The position numbers and the translations under genes were made by a program. A stretch of DNA of 64,000 bases from a virus, in IMG/VR virus record IMGVR_UViG_3300046532_004322, positions 1 to 64,000 of that record; one strand, written 5' to 3'. Positions 8,277 to 18,466 of the stretch are shown here, in pieces. A model generated the notes under the pieces. That model made no database searches. It was given only the letters and a program-made list of their open reading frames with translations, and was not told where the DNA came from. Every line of letters starts with the position of its first letter. The first letter of the stretch is position 1.

Positions 8277-10131
8277 TTTTAAAATTTAAATTAAAGGGAT
8301 TTTCAGTCAAACATACATTTTTCTTACTGAGAGATAGGAATTTTTTACTAGAAGAATGCTGAAGGAAGCTGCCAGACAGAACCCATGCGTCTTTTTCGTT
8401 AGAAACTTGTACTGATCCTTTTTTAGCGGAAAGATACATATCTGGTTGGTCGTCTGCAATTAATTTTATATAAAATTCATCTTTAGAGCCAGCTTCTTCA
8501 AACTCCCAAATATAGCCAGTAACCATCCAGTAGAAATCTCTGGCAATTTTATAATTAGGGATAAGGTTATCAGATAGACATTCAGCCCATGTGGAGTCGG
8601 TCTCAAGATTGTCATTCGACCTGTGTATATTGCCAAGAACTACCTCTTTTGAATGAGAGCTCATGGATATAATCTTCCAGGAAGACCCCTTGAAGTCTTC
8701 ATCGAAAAAGTAAAAATCCATAGCTTCGGATTGTTTTTTCGGGTTAAGGTTCTTGTTCACTGGCCTTTTACCCAAAATACTTTTGGGGTTCTTCCCAGAA
8801 TGAATGACGTAAAGACCGTCCTCTTTCTTTTTTATCTTGCTATAATGATTTTGATAACTAGCTTGGAAGAAATAGAAAATAGGGAAGGCCATCGACCTTA
8901 TTTCTCCAGCCTGGGTGGTTTTTAGGATATTATTTGTGCCAGTAAAAAGAATCGGAGATTCGGAATTTAAATCCAAATCAAATAAAGCCGCATCTTCAAA
9001 ATTATTACTCACCGCAGTTTGGCTTTTTTCAAAAAATCTACCAAGTCCAACCATTTTACCTTTGGAGTCGGGCGTTTTTCTTTCCATTTTCACGTGTTTT
9101 AAGGAAAAATAAGATTGATCTTCGGGGTTTTGTATAATATATGTATTAGCATTTACCCAGCTTTTCATTACATAATTATTATCAAACTTAATAGTAGAGG
9201 CGCTATTTACTTTTTCACATATAGATTTGTGTTTTAAGTCCCCACCCCTCTTATGCAGTTTTTTACATAGCTTAATATAACCCTTATGAGTATTTTTATC
9301 TTCCATAACTGGCTCCTGGACTCCGTAGGTATGATGAGAAATTATGAAGTCTCCTATGATAAGATTTGGCCTGTCAGTCTGTTGGGGGTATTTTGAGCTA
9401 GTATCGTATTCATCCTGAAGATTAATCTGGGAAAGGATTTTTCTATCAGAGCCAAGCATAAAAATAAAATTAATAGAAACCCTGTTGCAGAAATAGATAT
9501 TTTTATTTAATTTATATTTTTCAAGGTTACTGTAGTCTTTTATGAGGTCAGAAGTAAATTGCTTATGATGATCGCAGGCAATTTCTGGATGAGAGAATAA
9601 GGGGCCAGTAAGCCCGCCAAGCGGATACATGCCGCTTTCCTTATCTTCCCAGATGCCTTTCTTTTTTTGATGATACGCAGAGATACCATTATTTATAGTG
9701 TTGGCATGCATTAAGAAGGCTTTTTTGTTTTTCCATCTAAGATCAAAAGCTGCCTTAAGAGTCTCAATATCTATAAAATAAGTGTCGTCGTCACATTTGG
9801 CTATAACGTCATTATCCTTAAACCTTAAGAGCCATTTGTAGAAAATACCCCAAGAGTTGCTTTGTTCTTTAATCTTTTCAGGATCATTAATTATTTTAGA
9901 CCTTTCCTCGTGGTTGTGAATATGAACCCTGCCAGGAAAAAGCTTATTTAACCTCTCCTGTTCTTTCTTGATAAGTTTATGATCGCTAGGTTTTCTAGTC
10001 ATGTCGATAAACCAATAGTTGTCAACCGCTTCGAGTCTTAAGGCGTCTTCTATGTAGGGGAGTAGTATTTTTAAGTTCGACTCTCTACCCATAAATGTAC
10101 AGAGGTGTGTATTGTATTCTTTTTCCATCAA
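8266..10131 (-). CDS. Putative GT-A glycosyltransferase with a C-terminal beta-trefoil (ricin-like) region
   Basis: N-terminal FMGRESNL...IAKCDDDTYFID (DxD-type) and RVSINF. The C-terminal half has repeats such as YIIQNPE..YFSL, LYVIHS, IWEFEE..FYIKL..MYLS and AWVL..FLQH..KFLSL. Confidence 0.6.
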   Translation of the reverse strand: MMEKEYNTHLCTFMGRESNLKILLPYIEDALRLEAVDNYWFIDMTRKPSDHKLIKKEQERLNKLFPGRVHIHNHEERSKIINDPEKIKEQSNSWGIFYKWLLRFKDNDVIAKCDDDTYFIDIETLKAAFDLRWKNKKAFLMHANTINNGISAYHQKKKGIWEDKESGMYPLGGLTGPLFSHPEIACDHHKQFTSDLIKDYSNLEKYKLNKNIYFCNRVSINFIFMLGSDRKILSQINLQDEYDTSSKYPQQTDRPNLIIGDFIISHHTYGVQEPVMEDKNTHKGYIKLCKKLHKRGGDLKHKSICEKVNSASTIKFDNNYVMKSWVNANTYIIQNPEDQSYFSLKHVKMERKTPDSKGKMVGLGRFFEKSQTAVSNNFEDAALFDLDLNSESPILFTGTNNILKTTQAGEIRSMAFPIFYFFQASYQNHYSKIKKKEDGLYVIHSGKNPKSILGKRPVNKNLNPKKQSEAMDFYFFDEDFKGSSWKIISMSSHSKEVVLGNIHRSNDNLETDSTWAECLSDNLIPNYKIARDFYWMVTGYIWEFEEAGSKDEFYIKLIADDQPDMYLSAKKGSVQVSNEKDAWVLSGSFLQHSSSKKFLSLSKKNVCLTENPFNLNFKIES

Positions 10132-10137
10132 TATATT

Positions 10138-11142
10138 TTACAGTAAATCATTAAGAAAAAGAAATTTTTTATCTAAATATTTTGATATCTCCTGTGATTT
10201 TTTTCCATCAAACCACCAATTGGTGGGCTTTGTATTTTTGTTTTTTCTATAATGAACGTTTTGACTGTTATCATCATACGTTTGTTTGTTGCATTTTATG
10301 TTTATGTCAAACTCTTTGAAAAAATTGCCTATGTCGTTTCCTGTATCATTAAAATTAATTACTTTATCAACTTTTATTTCTGAACCATCATGGTAATAGC
10401 CATAATTTAAAAATCTACACTGGCCTTCTGTTGCTTGGTGTTTTTGAAATGGCTCGAGGCGAATGCATATATCTTCTGTATTTAAATAAGGAAAAAAACC
10501 AAGCTTGTTGTTTATAATGGGAGAGACGTCATCCACTTCGTAGACTCTGTATCCAAGTTCTTTATTTTTTTTCTTATAAATTTCTCGCTCCATCTCAACT
10601 CCTTTAACTCCGTATGTGTCATGAGAAGTTAAATCAAGCTCATCGGATTTCAACTGAAGTAATGTAGTTTCTTCAAAATAATCCCTGACCTCTTCAGGAT
10701 AAAGATCAAGAACGCTGTTTTCAAGTATTGCTTTAATTTCAGGGCCTTTCGTTCGAGAGCGAAAGGCTGGACTGGGTTGAAAAAGTCCAGGTTGAATTAA
10801 TATACTATTAAGAAAACAAAACAGTGAAACCAGCCTATCTTTAGGGTCTCGTTCTATGGTGAATTTAGTATAAGACTCCCATATTTCATCGCCGACTATC
10901 TCTTTGATGATAAACCAAGGTAAATGGTTCCCGTACTTTTCTTGATAGGATAGCGCAGATTTCCCTGTAGATTCAAAAATCTTGTCAACATTAACTTTTG
11001 TATTTTCATTTACATAGTTAGGGGGATCTCCAGCCATTACGTCATCTACTCCTAAATGAGGCTTGATAAACTTCATAAAGGTTTGAGTTGAGGTTTTGTG
11101 AGTCTTAACGAATATGAATTTGTGTTTGTGTGATACAATCAT
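10138..11142 (-). CDS. Carbohydrate sulfotransferase-like (Sulfotransfer_2 type)
   Basis: MIVSHKHKFIFVKTHKTSTQT (5'-PSB-like) and KFTIERDPKDRLVS (3'-PB-like) PAPS-binding motifs. Confidence 0.8.
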   Translation of the reverse strand: MIVSHKHKFIFVKTHKTSTQTFMKFIKPHLGVDDVMAGDPPNYVNENTKVNVDKIFESTGKSALSYQEKYGNHLPWFIIKEIVGDEIWESYTKFTIERDPKDRLVSLFCFLNSILIQPGLFQPSPAFRSRTKGPEIKAILENSVLDLYPEEVRDYFEETTLLQLKSDELDLTSHDTYGVKGVEMEREIYKKKNKELGYRVYEVDDVSPIINNKLGFFPYLNTEDICIRLEPFQKHQATEGQCRFLNYGYYHDGSEIKVDKVINFNDTGNDIGNFFKEFDINIKCNKQTYDDNSQNVHYRKNKNTKPTNWWFDGKKSQEISKYLDKKFLFLNDLL

Positions 11143-12092
11143 TAGGAATTGATTGAATTTTTAATAGCTTGATTTATGCTTTCTTTATCTCCTGCGGTAT
11201 ATGTATGTGCATTATTTATGTGCTTACTATATATACGATGTAAGTCTTCATCAATTATAAATTTTAAATCATATGCGATGCCATAAGTAATAGATGATGT
11301 TAGAGTGTTTATATAATATCTTTGGCTTGGGTTTCCTTGTTCGTTTTTAGTTAGAGTTAAGATTCCAGAGCAATCTAATATCTCTCGATGGAACCCTAAG
11401 AATTGTGGTATATTTTTATATATTAATTTATCATTATACTTTTTGAGACAAGAAGGCATTAGATCTCTCGTTAAAACCTTAACTTTAAAGTCGAGAGGGC
11501 ACTCAAGTATATTTACTAATGTATCCATATCTCTCCAGTTTAACGCTCCAAGAGCGAGATATATAGGGGCGTCTTGACATGGGTTAATTTTATCTACGTA
11601 TGGAAGTTGATCATGTATAAAATATCTATTCGTGCCGTTCATCGGGGTTAAGTGATACACATTTTCATACTGTTTCGTTATTTCGCTTACTTGATGGCAA
11701 ATGTAATATTGACCGCGCTGATGTTGTGTTTTTTCTAAATCCCACTCGCTAGCGGTTATGTGTATTTGGTAATCTATTCCATTTGGTTTGCCTTGAAGGA
11801 TATCACATGAACCTTTGTAAGGTGCGCTAAAGTATTTCTCTTTCTTTTTTTTGTCAATTATCTCAGCCTCTGATGCGTCTGGGTCTAATTCTGCGTCGTG
11901 GTATTGTATTTCTATATTAGGTATAATAGATTTTATATAATCAGCATATTCGTTCTGAAAGACTCTTAATCGAAGAATTATTCGATCACTGTCAAGTTTT
12001 TTTTGTTTTGTTATTATATCTCGATAATATATTACCGATTCAATCACTTCCAAATGGCAAGCTGCACTGTTAATAAATTCGTATGTTTTCAT
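11142..12092 (-). CDS. Putative GT-B-fold glycosyltransferase-like protein
   Basis: Position in the glycan cluster; HLEVIESVI N-terminus; FHREILDC...LTSSITYGIAY resembles a GT-B C-terminal region. Weak call. Confidence 0.4.
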   Translation of the reverse strand: MKTYEFINSAACHLEVIESVIYYRDIITKQKKLDSDRIILRLRVFQNEYADYIKSIIPNIEIQYHDAELDPDASEAEIIDKKKKEKYFSAPYKGSCDILQGKPNGIDYQIHITASEWDLEKTQHQRGQYYICHQVSEITKQYENVYHLTPMNGTNRYFIHDQLPYVDKINPCQDAPIYLALGALNWRDMDTLVNILECPLDFKVKVLTRDLMPSCLKKYNDKLIYKNIPQFLGFHREILDCSGILTLTKNEQGNPSQRYYINTLTSSITYGIAYDLKFIIDEDLHRIYSKHINNAHTYTAGDKESINQAIKNSINS

Positions 12093-12112
12093 TAATATTA
12101 AAGTATCTACAT

Positions 12113-12781
12113 TTATAAGAGTTTTAAAAGCCTTTCTTCTATTCGCTGCCTTATGTATTTTTCAATTTTTTCGCTATAGTGAGTCAAGTCTTTGGCTGCT
12201 TTGAAAACTTCAGAAGCGTTAAATTTTTTTAATATATCTGATGGGTATATTGTTGGTTTGTTATGTTCCATTAGCCAATCGTCAATCTGCTGTCGGGATC
12301 TTAGGCGGTTGTTGCTGAACATTTTTTCACCAAAACTACCAAAATCTTTTATGTGTTCGTTGGTAAAATTTACATTAGCAGCGGATATATAAATTACGCT
12401 TTCATCTCCACATATATTCTCGATTTCATTAATTTTATTAAAAAAACTCTCTTTTGTGAATTTAGACCAGCCCGAATTAGATTGAGAGCATTTAAATTTT
12501 AGTGATGAGATTTCTATTAGATATTTATCAACTTCCATTTGCTCTATGTAGTCGCATGTGTCTAGATAATAATCTGGAAGTTGATTAGAGCTTAAGCTGG
12601 AAAGTGTTTTGTTTTTTACCGATTTTAATATATCTATAGTGTGGGAAATATACTCTGGATTCAAGCAAAATCTTACGGGTAAAATTTCCCATTCTTTGAG
12701 CTTAGATCTACCTTGAGGTGGGCCGCAAAACTCACCTAAACGTGTCGCTCTACACGTACAAATTTCTAGTATCCTTTTCAC
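12113..12781 (-). CDS. SGNH/WcbI-like putative sugar acyl-modifying protein (paralog of 15466..16155)
   Basis: TCRA, EISSLK, SRQQID and DLTHYS motifs are shared with 15466..16155. Likely start is GTG at 12779-12781, overlapping the upstream TGA (ORF track gives 12811). Confidence 0.55.
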   Translation of the reverse strand: MKRILEICTCRATRLGEFCGPPQGRSKLKEWEILPVRFCLNPEYISHTIDILKSVKNKTLSSLSSNQLPDYYLDTCDYIEQMEVDKYLIEISSLKFKCSQSNSGWSKFTKESFFNKINEIENICGDESVIYISAANVNFTNEHIKDFGSFGEKMFSNNRLRSRQQIDDWLMEHNKPTIYPSDILKKFNASEVFKAAKDLTHYSEKIEKYIRQRIEERLLKLL

Positions 12782-13830
12782 TTCTGAATTAAATTTATCG
12801 TCCTTAACCAAGACTCCACTCTATGATGAGGTCTATGATGATTCATTACGTAATTCATTCCCGCTTCCCCTATCGCCTTCGCCTTGTCTTGGTGGGCCAT
12901 ATAATAATATACCTTTTCTAGCATGTCAACATGGTCATTGTACACAACCCAATGCTTCCCATCCACTAATCCAGGTGGAGGTAAAATCATTCTGTTGTGA
13001 AGGACTAGAGCCCCGCTACTCATTGCCTCCATGAGTCTATAATCTCCCTCCCAGCCATCTGGAGTTGCGGTTACAACAATTTTAGTTGTAGCCATGAGCT
13101 TACAATATTCTTCTTGAGGGGTCCTTCTGCCCTCTGTTTGTCCCACTCCAGTTTTGCCAATATGCATATTGTATCCGCAGCCATACAACTTTTGCGCAGC
13201 TTTTAAAGTTGAAGCTATAAGTCTTCTTGTTCCGCACCAACCTATATGTTTTTCAATTATATTTCGAAAACTGTCGCCTCGTTCGTAATGAGTAGAAATA
13301 TGCTGCGACCAATTGTTTTCATTGGGTTCAAAAAAACAACAAACATCCACATCTCTAGAGATATCTTTATACTTCTTGAATTCTTCAACAATATCTTCTC
13401 TGACGCAATACGGAGAAAAATGCACGACATGTGGATTATAATCATAAACACCTAATGGTTTTCCGTGCTCTCTAATTGCCATATTTCTTTTAAAATGAGC
13501 TAAAACTCTCAAATCTGGATGCCATAATTTCAATTCATCTTTATAGTCTAAAACAATTGCTGGAATATCTGGGTATTGCTCTCTCCAAACTATAGCTTGA
13601 TCGGGAGTCATGCACCCATGTATAATCATGACATCTACATCTTCAGAATTACCATGGGTCTGTGGCGCTGCGGTGATGTAAGGACCTTCTGGATGATCAA
13701 GTGTTCTTACTAGGCTTGGTAGTACAACTAATTCGCATTTGTTACTATTTTCTATTCCTGGCTGAAGTATTTGGCTGTTTTCTTCAGCGCCAGCATTATG
13801 AAAGGGGCAGTATATTCTTATCTTTTTCAT
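12778..13830 (-). CDS. GT-B glycosyltransferase (Glyco_trans_1_2/CgeB-like)
   Basis: EYCKLMATTKI...RLMEAMSSGALVL...GKHWVVY...LEKVYYY...IGEAG...HH C-terminal signature. Confidence 0.85.
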   Translation of the reverse strand: MKKIRIYCPFHNAGAEENSQILQPGIENSNKCELVVLPSLVRTLDHPEGPYITAAPQTHGNSEDVDVMIIHGCMTPDQAIVWREQYPDIPAIVLDYKDELKLWHPDLRVLAHFKRNMAIREHGKPLGVYDYNPHVVHFSPYCVREDIVEEFKKYKDISRDVDVCCFFEPNENNWSQHISTHYERGDSFRNIIEKHIGWCGTRRLIASTLKAAQKLYGCGYNMHIGKTGVGQTEGRRTPQEEYCKLMATTKIVVTATPDGWEGDYRLMEAMSSGALVLHNRMILPPPGLVDGKHWVVYNDHVDMLEKVYYYMAHQDKAKAIGEAGMNYVMNHHRPHHRVESWLRTINLIQK

Positions 13831-13845
13831 ATTAATAATGGTTTT

Positions 13846-14700
13846 TTACCATGCCTCGGAAACTCTGCCGTGTCTGTTTACATTGGGATCTCCTAGATGC
13901 AGTGAGTAGCAGTTAGGGGTTCGGAGTATCATGCCGACTATGTGTTTGTTTGGTTCAAACGTGGAGGGCGATGTATAGCATTGTGATCCAAGAAAAACAG
14001 GATCATTTCTTTTGAAATCTTTTACGATGCCAGAATTATTTAATAATATACACATACGTATGTATTGGTATACAAACCACATATCAACTGAATATGTAGA
14101 TGTAAATGTCTCATTCATTAACCATATAGGGCCATCGGTTTGCGGGCATATATAGTCTGAGTCATGGTTGAAATAAAATAACTGAAAATAGCCAGTAAAC
14201 GCTTTTTCGTGACTTAGGCCATTATTTCCTGTAGGAGAAAACCCCGTCAGGGATCGGATATTTTTAACAGTTTTATCTTGCCCCCATTCTTTATATGTTT
14301 CGCGAGTCTTTACCAAATATCTATCTAGGCCAAAAATCATCCATTGGGGATCTCCGCCCGATTTTTTTACTTCATTAATGTGGTGGTTGAAGTCATTGCG
14401 AAAATCTGCTATAATTGTGTCGGCATCTGCAAGGCATAAATAACCATTATATTTTTCGTTTTGAAGGGTTTTGAGACCCTTGTTCATTATTCTGGCTTTA
14501 TTAAAGCTACCTCCATTATGTAATAATTCTCTATCTTCGCTAACGATAGCTCTTGCATTTGGATATTTTGAGCATAACTGCTGCGTCTTTTTGTCTCTCG
14601 CAATAGTGCATACTAGTATATCTGTAAATATTTTTGAGGAATATTTTAAGGATTCTTCAAGGTAATCTGAATATTCGATGCAAGTAGTTAACATTTTCAT
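13846..14700 (-). CDS. GT-A (GT2-like) glycosyltransferase
   Basis: TTCIEYSDYL, FNKARIMNKGL, LADADT (DxD), GYFQL, SLHLG. Confidence 0.75.
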   Translation of the reverse strand: MKMLTTCIEYSDYLEESLKYSSKIFTDILVCTIARDKKTQQLCSKYPNARAIVSEDRELLHNGGSFNKARIMNKGLKTLQNEKYNGYLCLADADTIIADFRNDFNHHINEVKKSGGDPQWMIFGLDRYLVKTRETYKEWGQDKTVKNIRSLTGFSPTGNNGLSHEKAFTGYFQLFYFNHDSDYICPQTDGPIWLMNETFTSTYSVDMWFVYQYIRMCILLNNSGIVKDFKRNDPVFLGSQCYTSPSTFEPNKHIVGMILRTPNCYSLHLGDPNVNRHGRVSEAW

Positions 14701-15464
14701 AGTATGAAGCCTGCTCTTTTAAGAAAATTAATTTGTGGCTGACATGCATGCTGAGCAATGTGCAAGCCTGAACCTCCGACTACTGTTGCGTCTGACTTGC
14801 TATGAATAAAGTAGCCTTCTGAGTCAGAATAGTCCTTATAAAGATTGATCAACCAGTATTTATATTTAGTAGATTGTTCTCTACAGTATGTATTGAACAA
14901 TCTCACATATTGAAGCCTGTCTTCTTGTGTTCCTAATACTGGAAATGGGAAGCCTTTTCCGTAATCTCTTAAAGGCGGCACGACATTTTGTATATATACG
15001 TTAACATGTCCATTTCTTTCGCTTCCACTAGAACCAGTTTCGGAACTTAACTTTTCATTTAACTTATCAACATTTAGCTTAATTGCATCTAGGTATTTTT
15101 GTATCATTTCTGATATTATTTCTTCTGCTGTATTATTGCTAGTTACGTGCTTATGTAAGTGGCATCTGCAATCTGGTTCACCAAACACAAAGCATATGCT
15201 ATCGCCAGTTTTTATATCAAAATCATACGTATGTGTAGTTGATTCTTTTAAATGGTTAGTGCTTGTCCAGCTTCCAGATTCGATATCAATTTGTGATAAA
15301 GCGTCACGCCCAAATGAATATGCCAGACAAGTGGATAAGTGATGGGATAAAATGCGGACTGGTTCCTTGCCTGGGCCAAAAATTAAACCGTCGCGAGCCA
15401 TTTCGGCTATCCGCTTCCATCCACCCTTAGTGTGACTGTCTCCTATAAGGTGGAAGGTTTTCAT
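14697..15464 (-). CDS. SGNH/GDSL hydrolase-family protein
   Basis: IGDSH (block I), FGEPDCRCH (block III-like) and a C-terminal GLHI. Confidence 0.8.
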   Translation of the reverse strand: MKTFHLIGDSHTKGGWKRIAEMARDGLIFGPGKEPVRILSHHLSTCLAYSFGRDALSQIDIESGSWTSTNHLKESTTHTYDFDIKTGDSICFVFGEPDCRCHLHKHVTSNNTAEEIISEMIQKYLDAIKLNVDKLNEKLSSETGSSGSERNGHVNVYIQNVVPPLRDYGKGFPFPVLGTQEDRLQYVRLFNTYCREQSTKYKYWLINLYKDYSDSEGYFIHSKSDATVVGGSGLHIAQHACQPQINFLKRAGFIL

Positions 15465-15465
15465 T

Positions 15466-16155
15466 TTATATTAATAGTCGTTCGACTTCTTGAGTGATAT
15501 ATTCACTAGTTTTTATCACGCCATCTCTTGAATAATGGTGAGTGCTTATGCCATCTTGTAGCATTGTCGCCACATTCGATTGTGCGTCTAAACATTTTTG
15601 GGGAAATATTTTATATTTTGCGCACATATCGATAGCTCGATCAATTTCAACTCTAGACTTTAATCTATTATTTATAATCTTACTCGAATCAAGACCTAGC
15701 TGATTTATAATATTGTTAGCCATCTTGTAGTTTAACGTCCCTATAAGTATTATTTTTTTTTGGCCCACAAGCGAAATTAATTCATTAATTTTTTCAACAA
15801 ATTCATCAAAGGTATATGACAGTAGCTGATTTTCACTATCCCTGTATTTCATCGAAGATATTTCACATATATACGCGTCAAATACTCTATTGTTAATCTC
15901 TGCTACAACAGCTGGAGCCCTTTGATCTTTGCAAAAACCCCATGAATTATTTGGGTTAAATAATTTAGTAAATTGTTTATTTTGTTGAGCTTTAATTTGC
16001 TCGATTATTATATCAATATAATCTGGGTTTTTAGTGAACATCCTAGTTTTAAATAAGTGATAATCATTAACTATTGAAGTATCTAGAAATCCTGACGGGT
16101 GTTGTTCGCCAATCTTTTGAGCTCTACATGTAGCTATGTGTAATACGTTTTTCAT
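15466..16155 (-). CDS. SGNH/WcbI-like putative sugar acyl-modifying protein (paralog of 12113..12781)
   Basis: IATCRA, CEISSMKY, KINEL, SRVEID, THHYS. Confidence 0.55.
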   Translation of the reverse strand: MKNVLHIATCRAQKIGEQHPSGFLDTSIVNDYHLFKTRMFTKNPDYIDIIIEQIKAQQNKQFTKLFNPNNSWGFCKDQRAPAVVAEINNRVFDAYICEISSMKYRDSENQLLSYTFDEFVEKINELISLVGQKKIILIGTLNYKMANNIINQLGLDSSKIINNRLKSRVEIDRAIDMCAKYKIFPQKCLDAQSNVATMLQDGISTHHYSRDGVIKTSEYITQEVERLLI

Positions 16156-16979
16156 TTATCTATATTATTTTTTTCATATGGTGATACCGCTTTTGTATTT
16201 CGACCAACTTTGTTTTGCTCTGAATCGGTTATCAGGTCAAATACCGATGTGTAATTAATTTCTTGATTGTATATATATTTAAGATAATTCGTGGGAAGTT
16301 GATCGCACCAATGCAGTTTTTTTGCTGGGCAAGCTTGCACATATTTATTAAGCTGAAATGGCCATGATATTAATTTCTCAAATACGTCAACATCTCCGCA
16401 GAAACATCGGTCTGCGTACCCTACAAAATTGCCATTAAATAATTCTCTACGTAAATAATTTTTAACGTCTTGCTTGTTGTTTTTGCCTGCATAATTAAAT
16501 GTTATATCTGACCTTAATTTAAGTATTCTATCATACTGATCGGTCGATTTTATAGAAATAAAAGCTCCGTAGTTTTTAATCCACTGCAACATGTGCCTTG
16601 CTAGAAACTGCCTTTCGGGCGGCCCCCCCCAATTGTTAATATCAAAAGCCTGCTGTCCCTCCGCAGGAAGATCCTTAATTGCTACCATTCGATGCTTGGA
16701 GTAACTAATTAATTTTTGTTTGTCCTCTAGATTCAGTCCAGATATTTCGCCACTATACAAAGGTCGATCACAAACTGAAGATTGCCAATCATTAGATATC
16801 TCTACGAGCGATTTTATATTATTAAGGTCGCTAAAACGCTCGGATTGACCGCTACCCGTGCATACATATATATCATATGGAACATCCAGAGTGTCTAAAA
16901 ATAGATTTATATATTTTGCGTTCCACGGTAAGCATCTCGGTTGACCAGATATTGTGACCGCTAATTTTTTAATGTTCAT
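16152..16979 (-). CDS. Putative glycosyltransferase (SGQPR family)
   Basis: AVTISGQPR N-terminus, YDRILKLRSD, ADRCFCG. This pattern is typical of glycan-cluster proteins. Confidence 0.6.
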   Translation of the reverse strand: MNIKKLAVTISGQPRCLPWNAKYINLFLDTLDVPYDIYVCTGSGQSERFSDLNNIKSLVEISNDWQSSVCDRPLYSGEISGLNLEDKQKLISYSKHRMVAIKDLPAEGQQAFDINNWGGPPERQFLARHMLQWIKNYGAFISIKSTDQYDRILKLRSDITFNYAGKNNKQDVKNYLRRELFNGNFVGYADRCFCGDVDVFEKLISWPFQLNKYVQACPAKKLHWCDQLPTNYLKYIYNQEINYTSVFDLITDSEQNKVGRNTKAVSPYEKNNIDK

Positions 16980-16987
16980 ATATACGC

Positions 16988-18466
16988 CTAAGTCTTTGCG
17001 TCAGTGTATATTTTTTCGTATACATCATAAAGCAATCTTTGATTTATTTGATTGTGGCTATGTAACGGAACCTCAGATAAGAATAAAGATGCAGTTAGGA
17101 ATTTTAAGTATAATCTCTCTTCTTCGCTAAAAATTTCAGCTTCCAACTTGTCAAATAGTCGTTCAATTTTTTCACACCCATCATTAAACATTTTTACCGA
17201 ACCTTTGTTCAGTGTGTATAATTCTGCATCAATAAAATCATAATGATAATTAAATGAGTGTTTCATTTTAGCCCAATCATAATATTTAGACCCTAACATC
17301 TGGCCTCGAGGGTCAATCATGATTATATCTTCATTTACTGAATTCCAAAACATATTGGCTGGTATAAAATCTCCATGAATTAAATGAGTTGTTGTTTCAA
17401 TTTTTCTACCAACTTTTTCAAAATCTTTTAAAAAGCTTTTTACTTCAAAATCTTTACTCCTGGATTTTGTCTTTTCCAATATAAAATCAAAAGATGAATA
17501 GTTGTATTCGTATTTAATCATTTGCATATAGACATTTTTGCATGCGCCTAATATTTTATTCCATAAGTCAATACTTCTATCAAAAAATAAATACAATTCT
17601 CTCACAGAAGGGCTATTTATTTTCTGCATTACGTAACTAGATTCTTCGCTATACATATCATAATCTAATAATTTTGGCGTTCTCGATTTTAATATAGTTG
17701 GGATATTTTGATACCAATTTATTTCATCTATTATCTTCTGGTTCTGTCGGGATTTTTTTACAACAGTGTTGTCTATAAATTGAATTGAATTGAAATCCCT
17801 GCCTTTTTTAATACCTTTGTTTTTAAAATATTTCTCCACGCTGCCAAAATCTAGAACTTGTAAATTTTTAGTTTTAAACTCACATCCCATCAATGTTAGG
17901 GCTGATGAAATAGTGTATTCTCCATTAATTTTTATGTCTTGTAATATTTGTTCGTTAATAGCGGAAGATAATTCTTTAGAGCTTGTTAAAAAATATACGC
18001 CTGTTAAAGCTTTATTTGTATCTGGCTGTTCCTCGGGTTTTTCTAAAAAAGCATTTTTGCGAGGGTCAAACATACACCATCTAGACCAGTCTTTAACTTT
18101 AGATGTTGACACCCAATTAAACTCTTCCTCGCCTGGGCTATCATGCACTATCATGTCGCCTAGCATTATCATTACAGATGTATCATCTTGTTTTTCTAAT
18201 GCTGATTGAATAGAAATCGATAAACCTTGATTATTTTTAGGAGCTATAATATTAACTGGTAGATTATAATCTTTTGCAACCTCTGAAATTTTTTCTTTTT
18301 GATGATTTGCGACAACATATATTTGTTCGCAACCCTGATCAATTAACCACTTTACATTGTATGCTAGCAAAGGCTTTTCTTGATAAGGTAATATGCATTT
18401 AGGGTATGCTTTGCCTAATTCAAAAAATCTACTTCCAAGTCCTGCACAAGGCATTATACCTATCAT
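16988..18466 (-). CDS. Nucleotidyltransferase fused to an APH/choline-kinase-like phosphotransferase
   Basis: PCAGLGSRF...YPKCIL, LGD and EKP in the N-terminal half; HGDFIPANM, IDPRG and YDWAK in the C-terminal half. Confidence 0.88.
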   Translation of the reverse strand: MIGIMPCAGLGSRFFELGKAYPKCILPYQEKPLLAYNVKWLIDQGCEQIYVVANHQKEKISEVAKDYNLPVNIIAPKNNQGLSISIQSALEKQDDTSVMIMLGDMIVHDSPGEEEFNWVSTSKVKDWSRWCMFDPRKNAFLEKPEEQPDTNKALTGVYFLTSSKELSSAINEQILQDIKINGEYTISSALTLMGCEFKTKNLQVLDFGSVEKYFKNKGIKKGRDFNSIQFIDNTVVKKSRQNQKIIDEINWYQNIPTILKSRTPKLLDYDMYSEESSYVMQKINSPSVRELYLFFDRSIDLWNKILGACKNVYMQMIKYEYNYSSFDFILEKTKSRSKDFEVKSFLKDFEKVGRKIETTTHLIHGDFIPANMFWNSVNEDIIMIDPRGQMLGSKYYDWAKMKHSFNYHYDFIDAELYTLNKGSVKMFNDGCEKIERLFDKLEAEIFSEEERLYLKFLTASLFLSEVPLHSHNQINQRLLYDVYEKIYTDAKT

